Shown one piece after another: positions 47,065 to 61,007 of a stretch of 64,000 nt of DNA. The stretch lies in NCBI GenBank assembly GCA_965112155.1, contig OZ218100.1, one strand, 5' to 3'. How positions within the stretch are numbered: the first letter of the stretch is position 1; each line of letters begins with the position of its first letter. The notes under the pieces were generated by a model. It ran no database searches and had not been told where the DNA came from. It saw only the letters and a program-made list of their open reading frames with translations. This DNA comes from Podarcis liolepis (lineage: Eukaryota). A program made the translations under genes and the position numbers.

Positions 47065-48016
47065 TACCATTTTGAGCTCCTAGGTGGAGTATAATTGTAA
47101 TAAATTCAAGGTCTAACACTGATTGTTCTTTCTGAGTTCCTCTCCTATTCTGTATAAAAAGAGTACTTTGTGTGGCATACTAAAAGTTAACGTAGATGGC
47201 AGGATAATAAAATTAAATCCCACATCCCTGTCTCTACTGCAAAGTAAGAATGGGAAGGACTCAATATAATGCAGGTGGTTGAAAGCCAACCCTGTACAAC
47301 CATGGGGCATGTGGTATCAAGTTACCTCATGGAAGAAGATGGAGCCTGTTTTTCCATCCAAGGAAAGTAAGGTATGGAGACAAATGGTGAAGCCATCACA
47401 ATTTGCCAGGAACAGCCTTCAGGTTTATGGGCAGTTGAAGCAATGCCTCCCAAATTGCAGACTGAACAATTTGCCATCCTACTCTAGCATGCCTGATAGA
47501 ACCATTTCATTCATGTAAGGAGGTGCAGTGTGCCGTGGACTTCCAAATTCTCCTCATTAACAAAGTACAGCAAAAATAATATTTTTAAATGAATGATTAA
47601 GAAAAAAAATTTGCTATGATTAATTAGCTTCCTGGATTAAATGACAAGACGAACACTAGAAGAACAAAATATGTAAATGTGATCCATAATCTTCAGAGAA
47701 TTTTCAAGGTTTTCCAATGGTAACAATAAAGCCTAAATCGTGATGTGGATACAACAATGCACTACATGAAGTGCATTCAGAAGGCTTGAATCTTGGAGAG
47801 ACTTGATGTTAATTGGCTCAGTAAGACTGCCAAAGCAATTAAAGCAGCAGTGGGTGGCTTTAAGATGATGCACATCAATGATGCCCCATCAAACATAATA
47901 AAATCCTACCACTTTTAGCCTGAGTGGATTCTTGAGTGAACCCACCCACACAGAAAAGCTATTTCAATGTTCTGCACTCAGATATACTAAATGGTGCTTT
48001 GCAATGTGTTAAATAA

Positions 48017-48250
48017 TAAAGGTTAAGAGCGGTAGTCTCATAATCTGGGGAACCGGGTTCGCGTCTCTGCTCCTCCACATGCAGCTGCTGGGTGACCTTG
48101 GGCCAGTCACACTTCTCTGAAGTCTCTCAGCCCCACTCACCTCACAGAGTGTTTGTTGTGGGGGAGGAAGGGAAAGGAGAATGTTAGCCGCTTTGAGACT
48201 CCTGAAGGGGAGTGAAAGGTGGGATATCAAATCCAAACTCTTCTTCTTCT
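48017..48250 (+). mobile_element. 5'-truncated tRNA-derived SINE
   Basis: B-box-like GGGTTCG, core GGGTGACCTTGGGCCAGTCAC, (CTT)n tail. Confidence 0.7.
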
Positions 48251-50733
48251 GCTGCTGACATTTCATACAATACACAGGAGCATATACATTCCATTTGGAG
48301 ACTTCTTAAAGGAGTCTTGAATGCTTTTTGCTACTGTCATTCAAAGAGTGAAGCCAAAATTGCATGCTTCATTATCAAACTCTCATTTATATGAAATTTA
48401 TTACTTGGCATTTAATGTTAAGAAGAAAAAAAGAACACTTTACTTGGAATAGGAGCTTCAGTTCAAAACACATCCAGTTTTTTTCAATATTAGGCAGTAT
48501 TTGCTATAGACACTTCTTAAAAGTACCTAATGGGAAAACTGTTTTCTGCTATTTTCTTTAGTAGGAATTAACATTTTTAAGGGATGGGGCTAAGCTCCCC
48601 ACCCCCCGGTCTTCCAAATTTTTCAAATATTTTGCCTCAGCCAGAGCTCCAAATTTTGCTTCAAAATTTCATTTTCGGTAAAAATTTTTGCCCTATAAGC
48701 AGTGATAAATTTGTATAGTCACCAGACAAATGAAAAATGAGATAGGAATGAGGAAATCTTTTATCAACAACAGTTGCCTATCAGAGCTAAATGGAACACT
48801 GAGGTTCATGCTTCTAAATTTATCTTTGTGAGTACAAACAAGCACAATCTTAGTATGGTCTAATAAGGTTAATGTTTATTATGGTCTTACGCTGGGAGCT
48901 TAGATTCCTTGACTTGGGAGATCGGGGGCAACTATTCAAAAACTCTCAATACAGAGTAGCTTCCTCTGATATTTTAGAGGGAGAAAATTACTCTGTATGA
49001 ATGTGACATAAAATGGCCCTGAAAAGCCTTTATAATTGATGGAGGGGGCAAATTGTAAGCATTTCTTCCTACTTTCATACATCAACAAAAAGCGCACCTT
49101 GGTGGTGTTGCCTTGCACTGGAAAAAGGATGAAAGTGTTGTAAACAAAGGCCTTTTGATCTCTCCAGACCCTGAATCATTTGTACAGATAAATATGCCAT
49201 TCCATTTGGTCTTTAAAAAAAAAAAAAGATTAAAATGGATAGGATAGAAGTAGTAGCTTTCTGGCAAACTAATTTAGTTCTGTCGGTCTGGTTTTTTGGA
49301 TTTATGCTTTCTAGAGTCAAAAAAATTATTGTGTGTGTGGGGGGGGGGGTAAAGGGTATTTGCAACCTATCTAAATATATTTCCTGCTCCCTATGTTTTC
49401 AGGTTTCTTTTCTATTTACAGGTAGCTGTGATTGTTCAGTGTCATTATGTAGCAAATTCAAGGCTTCCTTTAAAGAAGAAAAAATAGTGTAGCAATAATA
49501 GTTTTAAAGGTTTATTTTAAAAAGGCGAGAAAATAGAGAAAATTAATACCTCAGTGTAACTCAATGCAAGAGTGAAGAGACATTGCTTCACAGTTGTTCT
49601 AGTGTACTTGCACTCCTATTCTCATAATTCATGCATATATTCGACTGACCTGAGTGCCTCAAACTTTACTTGTGGCAGGATTATATTCGGCATTTCTCTT
49701 CGTTCTAAAGTTCCTGAGCCTATTGTGAATCATGAATTCTTTAGACAGGTCAGTTCTAAAACCCTTTTTCTTATCTACTGGAAATTGAATTTTCCTACCT
49801 CAATATTTGGCTTTTAAAAATCTGACAGGTATGTTACATGGTGGAAACCTTTGTTTGCTAATCTGATTACTCTTTCATCTTCTTGAGAGGCGATTATAAC
49901 TGGAGTAAAATCAACATCTCTTAGAAGTTTTAGGTCTGGTTCTAGTGTGTGAAATTGAATTGGAGCACTAACATTGATTCTTACAAATGTCCTTACAGTT
50001 CATTTCAACAGGGAAGTTTGTGTGCTTCATGCTTTTTAAAGCAAGACCTGCTTTATTGTGAAGATCAAGAGTAGATTCAAAGGAGCAGCAAAATGCATAA
50101 TTAAGATGTTCACACCATCTTCTTATTAATTCTTTGTCCAGGCAGAGCTCTTTCCATGCTACAACAGAGAATGTTAGGTGATCAGTGTGGTTATATTCAG
50201 TCTGTTTCACAACAATTTGTTGGTTCATGCAGGTATATGAAGAGAGATTGGAAGGGTGATGAAGCACCCTTCTCTGAATATTCCTTTCTTGATTTCCCTA
50301 CAAGCTGAGCCATCACCCAGAGAAGATGTAAAGGGGAAGCCGATCTCTTTATCCCATCCTGTTCTCAGAAGAATGAGGACAGAGTAGAGATCTGAAGTTG
50401 TCAGCCTCAGGGAAGAGGTTGGTGGTAGATGCCTGGTGGCCAAGCTGGAGGAAGCAACTTTGGCTTTGGCTTCAAAAACCCAATTTTCATCAGGTCCTCC
50501 CCCTGTTCCAGTGTAAGCTTCTTCAAAGTAGGAAGTGTCAATGAAATCTTGTGTGGGAGGGGTTTTAATAAGTACAGCTCACAATCTTTGTGCTTTCCAT
50601 CTTTCATTCCAGGTTGATACAGTGTTGCAACCTTAAGATAAAGGTTCAGTGAAATTGGTCATTTTTAGCTTATGGTGTTTGTGATTGTCCTTTCTCTCAT
50701 TCAAAAAATTCATCTCACCAGAAGCCTATACTC

Positions 50734-50991
50734 CATGGGTAGGCAAAGCAAGGCCCAGGGGGCGGATCCCGCCCAATCACCTTCTAAATCCAGCCCGCAG
50801 ACGGTCCAGGAATCAGCATGTTTTTACATGAGCAGAATGTGTGATTTTATTTAAAATGCATCTCTGGGTTATTTGTGAGGCATAGGAATTCGTTCATTTT
50901 TATTTTATTTTTTTCAAAATATAGTCCAGCGCCCCACAAGGTCTGAGGGACAGTGGACTGGCCCCCTGCTAAAAAAGTTTGCTGACCCCTG
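50734..50991. mobile_element. hAT (Charlie-like) MITE
   Basis: Imperfect TIRs CATGGGTAGGCAAA / TTTGCTGACCCCTG; no clear TSD. Confidence 0.6.
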
Positions 50992-52902
50992 CACTCTGTA
51001 GCCTTTCTGAGTGCTCATGGTTCAGTTAAAGCCCAGGAGAAGGCATCATGAGGTAACTTCTCCCATGGGACTTTTTTAGATTAGGAAGCATGGGCAGTTA
51101 GTGGGGCTGCAGGGTGCTGGAGATAAGCACATGCACCATCTGGCAATTTTACAATAATAATGTAAGCTCAAGACCCAACAGCCACCAAAATCTGAAATTC
51201 TCAAGTGCCCCAAGAATGAGGCAGATAAATGCCAAACTATTTTAAATAGAATGAAAACTTGAGAACCTAAATGACAGATTTTGGCACAGCACTAGCTGAA
51301 ACCAACCAGACAACGGGGCTGTCTAACTCAATTAAGCATTTCTCTGTGTAGAGAGGTGCCCACAAAGGTTGGGTTCACAGCAAGAACTTAGCTGCCAGCA
51401 TAATCTAGGCTGTGAAGATTGTAGGATCCAAACTGTGAGCAGAGAGAAGTATAATGCTAAATGGTACTTTAATGATCAGACCTTTATTTAGCTATTGATA
51501 TAATTGTAAGAGAATTTGCTAGCCTTTGACAGAACTTAAGTAGTCATGCCTGATAACTTCATGACTTAGGCATTTTCAGATTCATTAATCATGCAATTTA
51601 ACATTTTGTGAACAAACCATGATAGAAAGCATCTGCTGATCATCCTGGCCTACTATGTTATGTTTTAAGTATCAATGGCCTGTTTAAAAAAGCATATACT
51701 TAATACAGAATTACAGTGTATTAATTATGGGCTTGATAGAGCCAAAGTTATGCACTTATAAGACCCATTGATTTCAGAGGGATTTAAAACCCATGGTTGT
51801 CACAGAGGAAAACACAACTCTCACGTGCTTAATGTCTGGAATGCATCCAGTGAAACTTCTGTTGGGTCCTTGACGTACCCATCAACTTTACCCTACAGTA
51901 AGCTGCCATGTTTTCCTTAAAGATATACTCCAAAGAAAATAAAATCAAAGCTGCAGGCATCAAATGCTTCTCATAGTTTGATACTGATTAGATGTGACAC
52001 CAGAGTCTGAGAACTGAGAAGCATCATGTTGGAACAAGAATGCTATAATACATCTCACTTTAGCTGAACTTCTAAGATCTCAAGGGGATCTCTATTTACA
52101 GCTCTACTGGTAAAGGAAACAGTAACATGCCTGGGGAAATAGACTTAATTCCCACAAAGCCCAAATGTGTTCTCTCCAAAGGTTACTTGGAATGAAAAAT
52201 AAATATAGATTTTCTTCAAATTATGGCTATAGTCCAAAAGACAGAGTTTATTTTTCAGTGACCTGCTCAAATTCTCTTGGACTATTTATAATTTCTGTAT
52301 TACAGTTCCACTCTCTAAATGGCTGTCAGTCCTTGACCACATTCACACAGCAGTTCATAATGCATCCCTGATGTTTCCCTAATTATTAATTTGCGCATTA
52401 TATTTGTGCTTTCACACAATGTAAAAGCCACTTCCAGAAACAGCAGAATATAGCACAAGTTTAGCACTCATTTGCAAACAGTTCCTCACCTCTCCCAGAA
52501 GCAAATGACACAGTAATCAGCACTCATTTGTGCTATTCTCCATTCTATTTCTCAATTGTCAAGGTGTTAGTACTAACATATAAGGCCCTGTACAGCTCAT
52601 GACTTGAGATACTGTGTTATCCCTTATACATCCAGTAGACCACTGCAATCTATGGGAAAGCTTTTCCTGCAAGTTCTAAATAGACCAGAGGCCTTCTAGT
52701 GTGGCTGCCCCTGTTCTCTGGAATAGCAGTCCAGTTAAGATACAGCATGTGCCCACTCTCTGTACTTTCCAGAAACAATTGAATACATTTTTGTTCTAAA
52801 GGGCCTCCTAGCTGGATAGACGGGTCTCTGCCAGACCTGTCTATTTTGTATTGTTTGGTTTTAAATATGCATCTGGGAGGGAGGGATTGGTAACACCAGT
52901 GT

Positions 52903-53345
52903 TGTCAAGGCTTCGGAAGCTATTCCTTCCCCAGTTGCAACAAGAGCAGAGAAAACAAAGTAGAGTCCTTTTTAATAAGTTTATTCAATCATAATAGCGA
53001 GAGAGAAAAGAACATAGCCAGCCTTAACAATGATGTTGCTCCAAACTGGGCTCCTCCTTCCCTAACAACAGCATCCCTCCCTTACGGTGGCCACTCTGAT
53101 TCCTTTGTTCCTGCACTCTTAACAAACAGCACATTCTGGGAGAAGGGGGATCAGAAATATTCTCCAGTGACAGCGTGTCCTATGGCTGCCCTGTGGCAGT
53201 TTCCCCCCTTCTTCTAACACTGCCCAACTCTTCTGTTCGTCTATCTCTGAGCTGTGACATCTCTCAAATGCCTCAAAGCCTTGCTGTAATTAGTCTCCAC
53301 CATTCCTCTTCCTCCATCTCGCCCTCTTGAGTCCAATCCCTGACA
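52903..53345 (-). mobile_element. Solo LTR (5-bp TSD, Gypsy-like)
   Basis: TGTCA...TGACA termini, flanks AGTGT / AGTGC, AATAAA on the minus strand near 52980. Confidence 0.65.
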
Positions 53346-53520
53346 AGTGCCGAGGGAACTATGGCCATTCAAATGATTAGCTACAACTCTCACCACCCAT
53401 TGGTCATGCTGGCTGGAGATGATGGAAGTTGAAATCCAACAGAGCTGCAGAATTTCCTTTCTTTTGTTAGACAGTGATGGGGCAGACTGGTATTATCCAC
53501 AGCACATATTTTGGGGAGCA

Positions 53521-53762
53521 CAGTGGTACCTCGGGTTAAGTACTTCATTCGTTATGGAGGTCCGTTCTTAACCTGAAACTGTTCGTAACCTGAGGTACCA
53601 CTTTAGCTAATGGGGCCTCCTGCTGCTGCCGCGCCGCTGGAGGACGATTTCTGTTCTCACCCTGAAGCAAAGTTCTTAACCCGAGGTACTATTTCTGGGT
53701 TAGCGGAGTCTGTAACCTGAAGCGTCTGTAACCTGAAGCGTCTGTAACCCGAGGTACCACTG
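53521..53762. mobile_element. Tc1/mariner-pogo-type MITE (inverted relative to 2729-2970)
   Basis: TIRs CAGTGGTACCTCGGGTTA / TAACCCGAGGTACCACTG. Confidence 0.9.
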
Positions 53763-56700
53763 TTTGGCAACTGTGTTTGCCTCACAACAGAGCTGCACCT
53801 CATACTACAAAAGTCACTACTTTTTCACGCATGGGTATGCTACACCATATATCCACTCACCCCCACCCCCACCCTTTTTCATTGGGAAAGGTTTAATAAG
53901 TGATTTCACAACTTCTTTAAAATGTAGTGAGGAATTAAATCAATACGGGATGGTTGCAAAGTCCAGACCAAATCACAGACAATACAATTGCGTTGGGAAA
54001 GTCTTTGCTCTCCATGACTCCAATTCTAATCCCAAACTAAATAAAATACTGTCAGGTTTGATCGCTATGCCATTCAGGTCAGGAAGAGTTAATTTAAACT
54101 CCAGCAAGAAGCAGCTCAAAAAGGTATCTGAATAAAAAGCACTGGCAATAGTGTGCAAGATTCTCCCCACCCTAACCGCTTTACAGTGTAGACAAAATCC
54201 CATTGCGATCTCATCTTTCAGATAGCCTGAAGTGAAAAAAAGATTAACTTGAATCTTCACTGGGTATTTTCTTCCCCACTTGACCAGTCAATATATTCAG
54301 TGCTAATCCAAGATTGATAAGCCCTCCCTAGCCTATAGGCTCTAGTAAAAATAAAATAAAAAATGAGGCAAATTAGGCTAAAAGTCCTAGGGATAAAACT
54401 AATGAAGGTAATGATAGGTAGGGTAATGCATTAGCTTAACAAAACCTGGAGGCACTCAGTGTCAAGTTTCATTCTCTTAGCACAAATAGCCTTCTGGAGG
54501 TGGACATGCTGAGGGACCTCAGATGATGGAATATACAAAACAAAATTATGAGGCACGAATAGGTTCACTGAGGACTGATTACATAAAATATCTGAACTCA
54601 AACATTGTATTTCATTTCAGATATGAAAAGAGGAGGCTACCACAGCTCACTGGTCATATACATGCTTTGTATTCAGACGTTCCCTGGTCTAAACCTTGGC
54701 AACTCCAGTTAAAGGGACCAGGCAGCAGATGATAGGAAAAAACAAAGACCCAGTGTATGCTGAGGTTTTCAATAAATATCCCCTTCTTATAAACTATACT
54801 TCATGTGCACACCAGACAGAGCTCTAGAAGTTCTTGGCATTTGATCACACTGCACATACACGTAGGTCAAAGGTGAAGGACTGGAGATGGCTTATTCAGA
54901 GCCATTAATTTCAATTAATGTACTCTGAGGAAAAGTTAGTCACTCCATCTCTTTCCTGATAAAAGCCACCCATCATGGTGAACAAGGCTAATTTTGTCTC
55001 ATAATCAAGCCTGGACCCATGTGGGTTTCTTGAGTGTGTGCACAACTGTCCCCTTAAGGGCACCATGGACCCACGCCTCACACAAGGAAAGATGCACTAT
55101 CCACACACTAGATCTATCCAATCAGTTCCATTCAGCTTCTTCAAAATAGCCACGAAAGCCAAGATTCAAGAGAGCATGTGGTGGGTTGCCTAGTTGCAAG
55201 TATCTTGTCTACATCCTTATGCTTCAGAGCTAATTCTGATGCCACAAAACTGGACACCTAATTAGGATTTTCTACAACTGTGGCATCCAGGTCAGCCCAC
55301 GTATGAGTGATTTTATCCTTAACACACCTAGTAAATTGCCATAGCAGGTGCCTGAGGGGTTCCAGCATCCCAGATGCTGGGGTCAATGTCATCAGCCCTC
55401 CAACCGCATGAAACAATTCAGTTGGACAGCTGCTTGAGTATGTGATGCAAGCACAAAAACTTTGTTTGCTGCCTTCACCACAACACGGTGGGCCCAACCA
55501 GGGGCTCTAGAACATGCCAAGGTGTCTTTGCAGTTATGTCACCTGAGTTCCAACCACCTGAGTTGCCTCATGGAACTACTCTTCCAGGGAGCCACCTGAG
55601 CTCTGCAGCATTAGAAAGGCACTCAAGAGAGATTGTGTTGATGCCTTTTTATGGCAAGATCAAGTTATAGTTGGGGGGGGGAGGAGTGAAATAAGAACTT
55701 GAAAGGGAGGCCCAGAGAGCAAATTATGTCGGTTAAAAAAAGTTGTCACACACTATGCACACCTTATTGAAAATTATTAGGCCTGTTTGTCACACAAGTT
55801 ACTGTGAACTATTGCTCATACATTAAGATATTAATATTTCAACAAGTGTGCATTAAACTGTCGCCTAATGGCCTGGGTGTTGGAGGAAAATGTATTACTA
55901 GAGGATCAAGTCAGTTTCTGTGTGAATTATTGCTTCACATTTGCCATCATATTTTCAAAGGATGAGTGCTAAATCATATTTAACATGGAGAACATGAGGA
56001 TCTTTCTTAGCAATAGGGCAAATATATTGGATGGGTCTTTTTTCATAGTTTTACCTTACGGTGTATAAAAAGCAAAGGTATCCATTTTAGTCTACAGGAA
56101 AAGAAACTCCACAATCCACAGCTGGGCAAGACCTTTATTTGGACCAACCAAAATGTCACCAAAGTGTGGCAGGCTTATGAAAACTTGCAACACTTTTGTC
56201 ATGTTTTGGCCACAATTTTGGTTGGCCCCAATGAAGAAGGGGCCCCCACCTGGCTTCCCAACATGGCTCCCAATTTGGCCTGTGAGGTTGTTTTACCCAA
56301 ACCACATACTCCTACCACACACCTCACAACATTTTTTAAAAGTCAAAAACTGGTGAAGAAATGTGGAGAACTAGAAAAGTTTGAAAAACTAGAAACCAGG
56401 AGAACCAACAATTGAGATTCTCCCAACTCTAGTTTTCTGTGAGTTCCTACTCTTCTCAATAAGCAAAAGCAAACCCTCTTTCTACACACCACCCAGTTCT
56501 AAGCATATGTATTCAGAAGCAAGCTTCATCAAAGTCACTACACATTTCAAAGCAGGTTGCAGCCACAGTCTCATTGGGAAAAATATGGAAATCTTAACCC
56601 AGTTCACATAACTTAGCAAGGCGAAGTTGTCATAGGGTGACAACTATGGAGAGCGTAAGCTTTTAGGGTTGCATTTTCTTAACTGTGGTATGGTTTATGG

Positions 56701-59079
56701 ATCCAGTGTGGATTTCTTCTTCTTTTTTAAAAAAAGAAGTTGTAATCTCACAGGTACTGAGCCATCACTTTTTAGAAGAAAGAAGAAATACAGCATTTTT
56801 GTTTGTCTGAGGGAGCTGCTGCAAATTTTCACCAGCTGAACACTCAGAATAGTATAGTAAGTAAAAACAGAAATTTTAAAAAATGCAACTAACAAGAAAG
56901 ACGTAGCATGCCAAGCTCCTGCTGAGTTAGATAACAATAAGCAGCAATTAGGTAATTGATTTTATTTTTTCTTAAGAAAAAGAAGCAGCTCATTAATGGA
57001 ATATTGGATATAACTGAAACAAATGCTCCTTTCTCTTGTTGTGACAGTCCTTCCTCTGCTTCTAACTGAAGTGAAGAATAGGGAAGCTTGAGGAGTTCGA
57101 TCTTGGTGAGTTTCTACAAAAATTACCTGATCCACACTTCTCAGCCTCATGCCAAGAATTGGAACCTGGCTATTCACTGAATTTTGCATCTCTCTAAATA
57201 CTGTGACGATAGCCTGCTGCTTAAACGTATCAAAACAGACACATTTTGGCAGATGTCTTTAAAAGTTACCATTTAAAGTGGAAACCGAATGGAATTATGG
57301 ATGGAACATGCAGAAGTGGCATAAGCTGAAAGGAGACAGATTTGCCATTCTTTACAACAAAAATTCAGGTTGAACGAAACTGCTATCAGCCTCAGTGACA
57401 ACCAATGAAGTGCGGAGTTCCAGGACCTCCAGGTCACCCAAAGGGTGAGGGTGCCCACTGCCATTTGGGTGGCTTGTGGAAGGCCCCTCTAGCTAAAGGT
57501 CACTGTGTGCTCTCTCCAGTGTGACAGACTAGAAAAGTTGAGGATGGGTGTGGTTGGTAGGATTGCTTGAGTGAGAGATGGGTGGGGGAAGGGTGTTCAT
57601 CTGGAGTTGGCAGCCAGTGGCAGAGGTGGTATAACCTGAGCATCTTTTGCTACTGGGCACTGGCATTAGGACTTCCAGTCCCAGAATCTACAAAGGGAAA
57701 GTGATACTGCAGGCACCATTCCTCCAAGGAACAGCTGTGAAGAGGGATCTGCTCCCCCTGAACCTACTAATGAACATTTGAGGATGAGTGCTCACAAATG
57801 TGACCATGGCTGCATTCATATGGCTGTTTATTCCATTTCCCTAACTGTTAATTTCCACATTATATTTCAGCATTCACATGAAGTAAAGGGCACTTCCTGA
57901 AAACTGGTGGAATAAAGTACATGCTTACCTTTCATTTCCAGGTAATTTGCTTCTAGAAAAATCTAGAAGCTTAGCTGAGAAAATCATCTGAAGTGACTAA
58001 ATTTGTGGCGGCATACTGGCATGTACTGCTTTTCTGCTGTTTTCATGGGGGGAACACATGTATAGAAAGAAGGGGGATCTAGTGATGTTGTCCAGTGATA
58101 TTCACTGTTGTGTCACAAGACGCCCAGTGGTGTGAATGAAAATTAGCATGACATGCTGGTATGTGGGTAAAAAACCAAAGTTTCATAACACAACAGGTCC
58201 TGCAGTGTGAAAGGAACAATGGAAAACAGTTCAGAATATAGCACTATAATTAGGAAAACTAACACAATATTCCTCACATCAGAATGCATGCTAAGTCACA
58301 TGGAAAGCCTGTAGGAACAATAATTTGGAATTATACTACTTCCTACTTCCTATGGTTCATAATTTTTTATAAACTGGAGATAATGTCTGACAGATTCAAC
58401 ATCTTCAAATCAAACCCAACACAATTCATCTTATTATTATTCTTTTTTTACTATGCAATTCTCTAACATCTCTACATGAACATATTGTACCCTCTTTCCT
58501 TGTCCAAATTAAAGCAGAAACCCTACTGAAGAGCAAATGGCACAAAACAGGAAGCATGCTACAAGAAATCACACAACGTTGGGTTATTATTTTGTAGACA
58601 GGCTATTGAAAGCTGTACTTCATTGTTAAGTAGCATGACTGCTTGTATGAAGTGGGGAAGAATGTAATTAAATTGGCTAGTTGCAAAATATGTACCCATA
58701 GAGCCTCAAAGTCTCCTACAAGCTCTGGGGAAAAGTTTTCCATTTCGTTACCAGAATTACTTCTCAGATAAAGCTCTGCAACTATTGATCAGCAAATGGC
58801 AACCTCTGAGAATGCCTAAAGGATGGGACAAAGAATAATGGTGTGATTGAAATAGCCAGTGTGTCAGGTGGTGTCAGCTGTAAATAACACACTATAGTCT
58901 CGATCTGACATTCTGTTGTCAAAGTGCTCTAACGATTAAAAATTTCTCCCAAGAACCAGTTGCACTACAATCTAAGTGTAATGCGGCCACAGCTGACAAT
59001 GTTTGGGGTCAGTGAAATTGTATGGCTGAATGAACAGAACACGTAATATCGAAGATTAGTAGTTTTTTGGGCTTCAGAC

Positions 59080-59600
59080 AATTGCTTTCCCGTTGTCAGC
59101 TGCTCCCAGTGGTTTCATATAGATATTAAACAGCACTGGGGAAAAGCTCCCCACAGCACAACTGCTGGGGGAGAGAAGACAATCACCCAAAGCTATTATT
59201 TGAAAGCAACCCTGGATATTGGACTGGAACCACTGTAAAACAATGTCTCCAACACCCATCCCACTAAGTTGGCTCAGAAGGATACCATGGGCCAATGGTA
59301 TCAAAAATGGCTGAGAGATAAAATAAGAATAGTAGCATTACATGCCCCCCTGTCCTTCTCATCCATCAGGGTGAGCAAGGCCGGTTCAATCCCATAACCT
59401 GAACTAAGTTTAAAATGAGTCAAGGTAATCTGTTTCATCAAGAATACTTGCAAGTGTTGCACCACAGTCCTCTCGGCCATATTTCCCCCAACGTGTGTAT
59501 TTGTGACCAGGCAGTAGTTGTCATACACCAATGGGTCCAGGGTGAGCTTTTTCTAGGAATGGTCCAATTCCTATTTCTAGTAACAGGAATCACTATTTTC
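59080..59600 (-). mobile_element. Decayed L2/CR1-group RT fragment
   Basis: Frameshifted RT-like peptides HGILLSQL..MGVG...LQWF, SPVLFNIYMKPL, GYGIEPALL. Confidence 0.65.
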
Positions 59601-60122
59601 AACAAAGTACTTGTGAACTTGTTAAGGCAAAGCCCATGAGCCATTAAACATGCTTTGCATCATGTTTCAATCTCCAGCATCTTCAGGTAAGTCTATGTCA
59701 CTGTCAGTAGTCACTTGTCAGTAAAGATGAACGGAATAGTCTTAACCCAGTTCCTGTCCCTTGCTCACTAGCAGATCAGTAAGTCAATTCTGTCAAATGC
59801 CCATGTGGATTTTAAGGCCAATTTGCAGGCAAATGCTGCATTCCCTGGTGTCATGGCAGCTACCAAGGGCATTCAACTGGGTGGGGTGGGGGTGGAGAGA
59901 GAGATATGCTGCCATCATAGGTACATAGGGGCAGCCATCTTTTTCTCTGTATCCAGTAAGTGGTGGCATGCCAGAACATATTGCTGTTTATAAGGGCTTT
60001 TTGCCAAAACTGTTTCAGCAACTCTGACAAACACTGCACTTTTTTTAGCCGCTCCAGGCCACTAGATGTGGGGTGCTTAATTTTGTTTTTGAAGAAAATA
60101 AAAACGAGCTAGAGAGCCCTTA

Positions 60123-60477
60123 AGGTAAAGGTAAAGGGACCCCTGACCATTAGGTCCAGTCATGGCTGACTCTGGGGTTGCAGCGCTCATCTCGCTTTAT
60201 TGGCCGAGGGAGCCGGCATACAGCTTCCGGGTCATGTAGCCAGCATGAGTAAGCCGCTTCTGGCAAACCAGAGCAGCACATGGAAACGCCGTTTACCTTC
60301 CCATTGGAGTGGTACCTATTTATCTACTTGCACTTTGATGTGCTTTCGAACTGCTAGGTTGGCAGGAGCAGGGACCGAGCAACGGGAGCTCACCCCGTCG
60401 TGGGGATTCAAACCGCCGACTTTCTGATCGGCAAGTCCTAGGCTCTGTGGTTTAACCTATAGCGCCACCCGCGTCCC
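60123..60477 (-). mobile_element. Sauria SINE
   Basis: Full head and tail; 12-bp TSD AGAGAGCCCTTA. Confidence 0.9.
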
Positions 60478-60658
60478 AGAGAGCCCTTAGACCACCTCAT
60501 AAAAGCAAAATATGAGCAGAAATGAACCATGTTTAGAAAGGCAAATCCACATGCCTGCATTCTGATCAAAGTATGATCTGTTGAAGGCAGACATGGGAGG
60601 TTTATGCCAAATTGTGGCATAAAGCAAAATACTCCCCATCTCTGCTTTTGGGGGATAT

Positions 60659-61007
60659 AAAGGTAAAGGTACCCCTGCCCGTAGGGGCCAGTCTTGACAG
60701 ACTCTAGGGTTGTGCGCTCATTTCACTCTAGAGGCCAGGAGCCAGCACTGTCCGAAGACACTTCCGGGTCACGTGGCCAGCGTGACAAGCTGCATCTGGC
60801 GAGCCAGAGCCGCACACGGAACGCCGTTTACCTTCCCACTAGTAAGCGGTCCCTATTTATCTACTTGCACCCGGGGGTGCTTTCGAACTGCTAGGTTGGC
60901 AGGCGCTGGGACCGAACAACGGGAGCGCACCCCGCCGCGGGGATTCGAACAGCCGACCTTTCGGTCGGCAAGCCCTAGGCGCTGAGGCTTTTACCCACAG
61001 CGCCCAC
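60659..61007 (-). mobile_element. Sauria SINE, second subfamily
   Basis: Shares TATTTATCTACTTGCAC and GCTTTCGAACTGCTAGGTTGGCAGG with the other copies, with a different 3' body; CpGs retained. Confidence 0.85.

Noticed and set aside
49968-50617. Cluster of short minus-strand ORFs
   Set aside because: No recognisable motifs or splice structure; cannot be assigned
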